The position numbers were made by a program, and so were the translations under genes. Shown one piece after another: positions 60,969 to 64,000 of a stretch of 64,000 nucleotides of DNA. The notes beneath the pieces were generated by a model that did not search any database, had not been told where the DNA came from, and saw only the letters and a program-made list of their open reading frames with translations. Source of the stretch: Candidatus Sericytochromatia bacterium (GTDB taxonomy: Bacteria > Cyanobacteriota > Sericytochromatia > UBA7694); contig CAWCRG010000010.1 of the NCBI GenBank assembly GCA_963797915.1, forward strand, positions 218,672 to 282,671, written 5' to 3'. Each line of letters opens with the position of its first letter. Position 1 is the stretch's first letter.

Positions 60969-61385
60969 ATGCATTATTTTATGGTCGGTGTGGCCTCATT
61001 CTTTTTATTCGTGGCCTGTAGTGATCCCGCTAGCACTCCCAATACGTCAACGCCTTCAGCAGAAGCTCCGGCGAGTACGGCACCAGCGACTTCAGAAACA
61101 CCCGCAGACAGCGGAGAACTCACCATACAATTTGCTGAAGTGGCGCCCATTATAGCCCAGCGTTGTGCAGCGTGTCATGCTAACGAGCCGAGCATCACGC
61201 GCTTTGGAAGACCTGCTGGAGGGGTATTGTTTGAAACCCCTGAGCAAATTAAAGCCAAAGCCCCTCGCATTAAAGCCAGAGCCGTGGACACGCAATCAAT
61301 GCCCACCGGCAATCTGACTGAGATCACCGATGCCGAGCGGGAGCTTCTCGGCAAATGGATTGAGCAAGGGGCCAATATCAATTAG
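60969..61385 (+). CDS. membrane-anchored mono-haem c-type cytochrome (CxxCH)
   Basis: ATG at 60969 is preceded by AAGGAG. The TM/signal 'MHYFMVGVASFFLFVACS' and the haem motif 'CAACH' are present. The track ORF starts earlier, at 60912. Confidence 0.6.
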   Translation: MHYFMVGVASFFLFVACSDPASTPNTSTPSAEAPASTAPATSETPADSGELTIQFAEVAPIIAQRCAACHANEPSITRFGRPAGGVLFETPEQIKAKAPRIKARAVDTQSMPTGNLTEITDAERELLGKWIEQGANIN

Positions 61386-61391
61386 CCTGCC

Positions 61392-61904
61392 TTAGTCCAT
61401 GACAAACATTTGTTCCAATTGGACCACCTGGCCTTCATGGACGCGGACGCGCAAACAGTCACCACGGCCCCAGCTATCACACTGCTGGTAAGCATAAGCT
61501 TCTACCTGCTCCAAACGGGGCAGGTGTTGTTTCACTTCGTTCAACGCGTCACCCACTTCAACACCCGGAATCGGTGCATAGCCCTTTTTCTCGGTTTTGA
61601 GATACACGAGGCGCTCTCTGTTTCCTGCAGTAGACTTGACAAACATCAGCGTCGCTTCAGGATAGCTGAGTTCAGTAAGGGTCTCTTTATGCCTGCCCAC
61701 CCACTTTTCCTGACGACGAAGATCATCGGGTAAGCCCAGGGCATCCATCGCTTCAGCACTGGAAGAGCGATGTTGGGCAATGTCTGAAAGTGCAGCCTGG
61801 GGAGCTTGCTTTGTTGTCTCAGAAGTGCTAGTTGCTGAAAGCGCCGGCGCAAGTCCTGTGAGTACGGCAAAAGTCACGGTAGATAGGATCAATTTATTTA
61901 ACAT
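61392..61904 (-). CDS. hypothetical secreted protein
   Basis: 170-aa ORF with signal peptide 'MLNKLILSTVTFAVLTGLAPALSA' and a C-terminal Cys pair 'CDSWGRGDC'. Confidence 0.5.
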   Translation of the reverse strand: MLNKLILSTVTFAVLTGLAPALSATSTSETTKQAPQAALSDIAQHRSSSAEAMDALGLPDDLRRQEKWVGRHKETLTELSYPEATLMFVKSTAGNRERLVYLKTEKKGYAPIPGVEVGDALNEVKQHLPRLEQVEAYAYQQCDSWGRGDCLRVRVHEGQVVQLEQMFVMD

Positions 61905-61982
61905 AAAAGCCTCCCTGGCTGTTTTTCATACTTTTAATTTAAAATTTTCAGCATAAAAAAGGCACAAAGGGAGAGTAAAAGC

Positions 61983-63026
61983 TTAGCGAAAAACCCCAGC
62001 AATGACAGAAGAGCACTCAGGACAGTGGCCTCTTCCGTGAGCATCAGCGATCACCAATTGCTGTGTTACCTGATGCCAATCCCTCACAATGAGCGCTTTC
62101 TGACAGGTGGGACAGTAAGTCGACTGGCCGGAGACATCGTGAATATTACCCACATAGACATACCTTAATCCTTCAGCCATGGCCAAACGTCTTGCCCGAT
62201 GTAAGGTTTCCGGGGGAGTACGGGATTTATCTTGCATTTTGAAGTCGGGGTGAAAGGCAGTAAAATGCAGCGGAACATCAGGGCCCATATGCTCTGCTAC
62301 CCACGCGCATAAGCGCTGTGTTTCCTCCCAGCCGTCGTTTTCTCCGGGGATCATCAAATTGGTAATCTCACACCAAATATCCGTTTCCTGCTTGATCCAG
62401 CGCAGAGTGTCCAGCACCGGCTCCAAATGAGAAAAGGTGATTTTATGATAGAACGTTTCACTAAAGGCTTTCAGATCCACATTCACCGCATCAATCCATT
62501 CGTAAACGTCTTTGCGCGCTTCGGGGGTGATATAGCCGGCGGTAACGAGGACACTTTTAACCCCCCGATTCCGGGCTTCTCGGCTGACATCAATCACATA
62601 CTCACCAAAAATAGTCGGGTCGTTATAGGTCATGGCAATACTGGGGCAGCCTTCACGCAGGGCAAGATCTACAATGGCATCAGGGCTAGCCGAAACGCTG
62701 TTTTGCTCCACTAAACGCGCCTTGGACATGTGCCAATTCTGGCAAAAGCGACACCCGAGGTTGCACCCTGCGGTACCAAAACTTAAAATAGAAGTCGTCG
62801 GTAAAAAATGACTCAGCGGTTTCTTTTCAATGGGATCAATCGCAAAGCCCGTGGATTGGCCGTAGGCGGTGGCCACCAACTCACCATCAATATGTTGGCG
62901 GATATAACAAAACCCGGCCTGACCCTCAGCCATTTTGCAAAAACGCGGGCACAAGGTGCACGTAATGCGGTCATCGGTTTCTTTATGCCACCACCGGGCT
63001 ATTTTTCGAGGAGATTTCAAGGACAT
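61983..63026 (-). CDS. radical SAM enzyme, PflA-like / AmmeMemoRadiSam-system type (putative)
   Basis: Start taken at 'MSLKSPRKIARWW' (ATG at 63024-63026). An N-terminal Cys cluster 'CTLCPRFC...GFCYIRQ' is followed by a canonical CX3CX2C 'GCNLGCRFCQNW' and C-terminal 'CPTC...CPEC'. The family assignment is from memory. Confidence 0.6.
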   Translation of the reverse strand: MSLKSPRKIARWWHKETDDRITCTLCPRFCKMAEGQAGFCYIRQHIDGELVATAYGQSTGFAIDPIEKKPLSHFLPTTSILSFGTAGCNLGCRFCQNWHMSKARLVEQNSVSASPDAIVDLALREGCPSIAMTYNDPTIFGEYVIDVSREARNRGVKSVLVTAGYITPEARKDVYEWIDAVNVDLKAFSETFYHKITFSHLEPVLDTLRWIKQETDIWCEITNLMIPGENDGWEETQRLCAWVAEHMGPDVPLHFTAFHPDFKMQDKSRTPPETLHRARRLAMAEGLRYVYVGNIHDVSGQSTYCPTCQKALIVRDWHQVTQQLVIADAHGRGHCPECSSVIAGVFR

Positions 63027-63105
63027 TGTTTTCGACCTCTCTGCGTTTGCGGCATTCGCGTACGATATGCGTGAAAAGCATGAGCAAATGCTACAATAAA
63101 TTACT

Positions 63106-63966
63106 ATGTCTACTCTCATTATAAACCGCTTACAAAGTGCCCGTGAAGATACAGAAAAAGCCTTGCAAAACTATCTTAAACCACAAGCCCCACCAGAACT
63201 CTGGGAGGCCATGGCCTATAGCGTTTTCAATGGCGGAAAGCGCATTCGCCCCCTGCTCTGTCTTGCAGCATGCTATAGCGTAAGCGGTGAGTGGCAGCAA
63301 GCCCTTCCTGCCGCCTGCGCAGTGGAATTTATGCATGCCTACTCTTTGATTCATGATGATCTGCCTGCTTTAGATGACGATGACTGGCGCCGAGGTCAAC
63401 CCTCTAGCCACAAGCGCTTTGGAGAAGCCATGGCTATTTTGGCCGGTGATGGGTTACAAACGCTGGCTTTTCAAGTCATTGCTGCCCAGGGACCTTTGAC
63501 TTTGGTCCAGGAGTTATCTCAGGCAGCTGGCCCCCTGGGAATGTGTGGCGGGCAGGTGATTGATATGCAGCATACCCCACGCAGCGCCGACGAAATCCTA
63601 AACGTCTACGCCATGAAAACCGGCGCTCTGCTCAGGGCCTCGGTGCGTATGGGAGCCCTTGTCGGTGGAGCCAATACAGAACAACTCAAGGCATTGACGC
63701 AGTATGCTGAGAACCTCGGTCAGGCCTTTCAGGTGGTCGATGATTTACTGGATCTCACCGGCAGTCTGGACACCCTCGGCAAAACACCCGGCAAAGATGC
63801 AGCACAGGATAAGCCCACTTACCCGGCCTGTGTGGGTGTCGTTCAAGCGCAACAACAGGTAGAAAAGCAGTACCAGTCAGCTTTAGAACAGCTCAAAAAA
63901 GGGTGTTTAAGCAACACGGATTGGCTGACGTATATGGCTCAACAACTGGTTAGACGCACAACCTAA
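63106..63966 (+). CDS. polyprenyl synthetase (farnesyl/geranylgeranyl-diphosphate synthase family)
   Basis: FARM 'LIHDDLPALDDDDWRRG' and SARM 'FQVVDDLLDLTG'. Confidence 0.85.
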   Translation: MSTLIINRLQSAREDTEKALQNYLKPQAPPELWEAMAYSVFNGGKRIRPLLCLAACYSVSGEWQQALPAACAVEFMHAYSLIHDDLPALDDDDWRRGQPSSHKRFGEAMAILAGDGLQTLAFQVIAAQGPLTLVQELSQAAGPLGMCGGQVIDMQHTPRSADEILNVYAMKTGALLRASVRMGALVGGANTEQLKALTQYAENLGQAFQVVDDLLDLTGSLDTLGKTPGKDAAQDKPTYPACVGVVQAQQQVEKQYQSALEQLKKGCLSNTDWLTYMAQQLVRRTT

Positions 63967-64000
63967 TGCCCACATCAAATCCGGTGACTCAAACCCTGTA

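Overview
This is a 64-kb chromosomal window, about 50% GC, from a Gram-negative-type bacterium; it encodes a lipoprotein signal peptidase and many lipobox signal peptides and periplasmic substrate-binding proteins (SBPs). Gene density is high and most of the content is housekeeping or signalling. Plus-strand genes include korA-korB 2-oxoacid:ferredoxin oxidoreductase, glmU, pth, a PPP-family phosphatase, an oligopeptide-type SBP, rbgA(ylqF), an XRE-HTH fusion protein, an ABC-2 exporter, msrB, tRNA-Val(TAC), an M14 carboxypeptidase, an OmpR/HK two-component pair, an NfeD(YqiJ)/flotillin(YqiK) pair, a group II PLP decarboxylase and a polyprenyl synthase. Minus-strand genes include an endonuclease I family nuclease, a GGDEF cyclase in an operon with two SBPs and one permease, fadD, map, an AraC regulator, a 23S-5S rRNA operon with no 16S and no spacer tRNA, a hybrid PAS/REC/HPt histidine kinase, a tandem HD-GYP protein, an FHA protein, lepA, gyrA, lspA, tpiA and a radical SAM enzyme. 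No transposase, integrase, CRISPR array or phage genes were seen. Findings: (1) at least four, possibly five, reading-frame breaks fall in short homopolymer runs (korB, fadD, map, PPP phosphatase, and perhaps the XRE protein tail). Two of them hit essential genes, which argues for systematic indel errors rather than real pseudogenes. (2) A degenerate 5S-like relic lies about 1.1 kb from the real 5S, with a tandem chagasin-like (I42) protease-inhibitor gene in between. (3) A low-GC islet carries an orphan protein and a 17-codon sORF with a perfect Shine-Dalgarno (SD) sequence. (4) A 577-aa protein has a roughly 210-aa Q/G/Y/D pentapeptide-repeat low-complexity core. (5) An SBP gene is translationally coupled to a membrane GGDEF cyclase. 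(6) A DPFGKDPF-repeat coiled-coil protein sits between a two-component system and an NfeD/flotillin pair.
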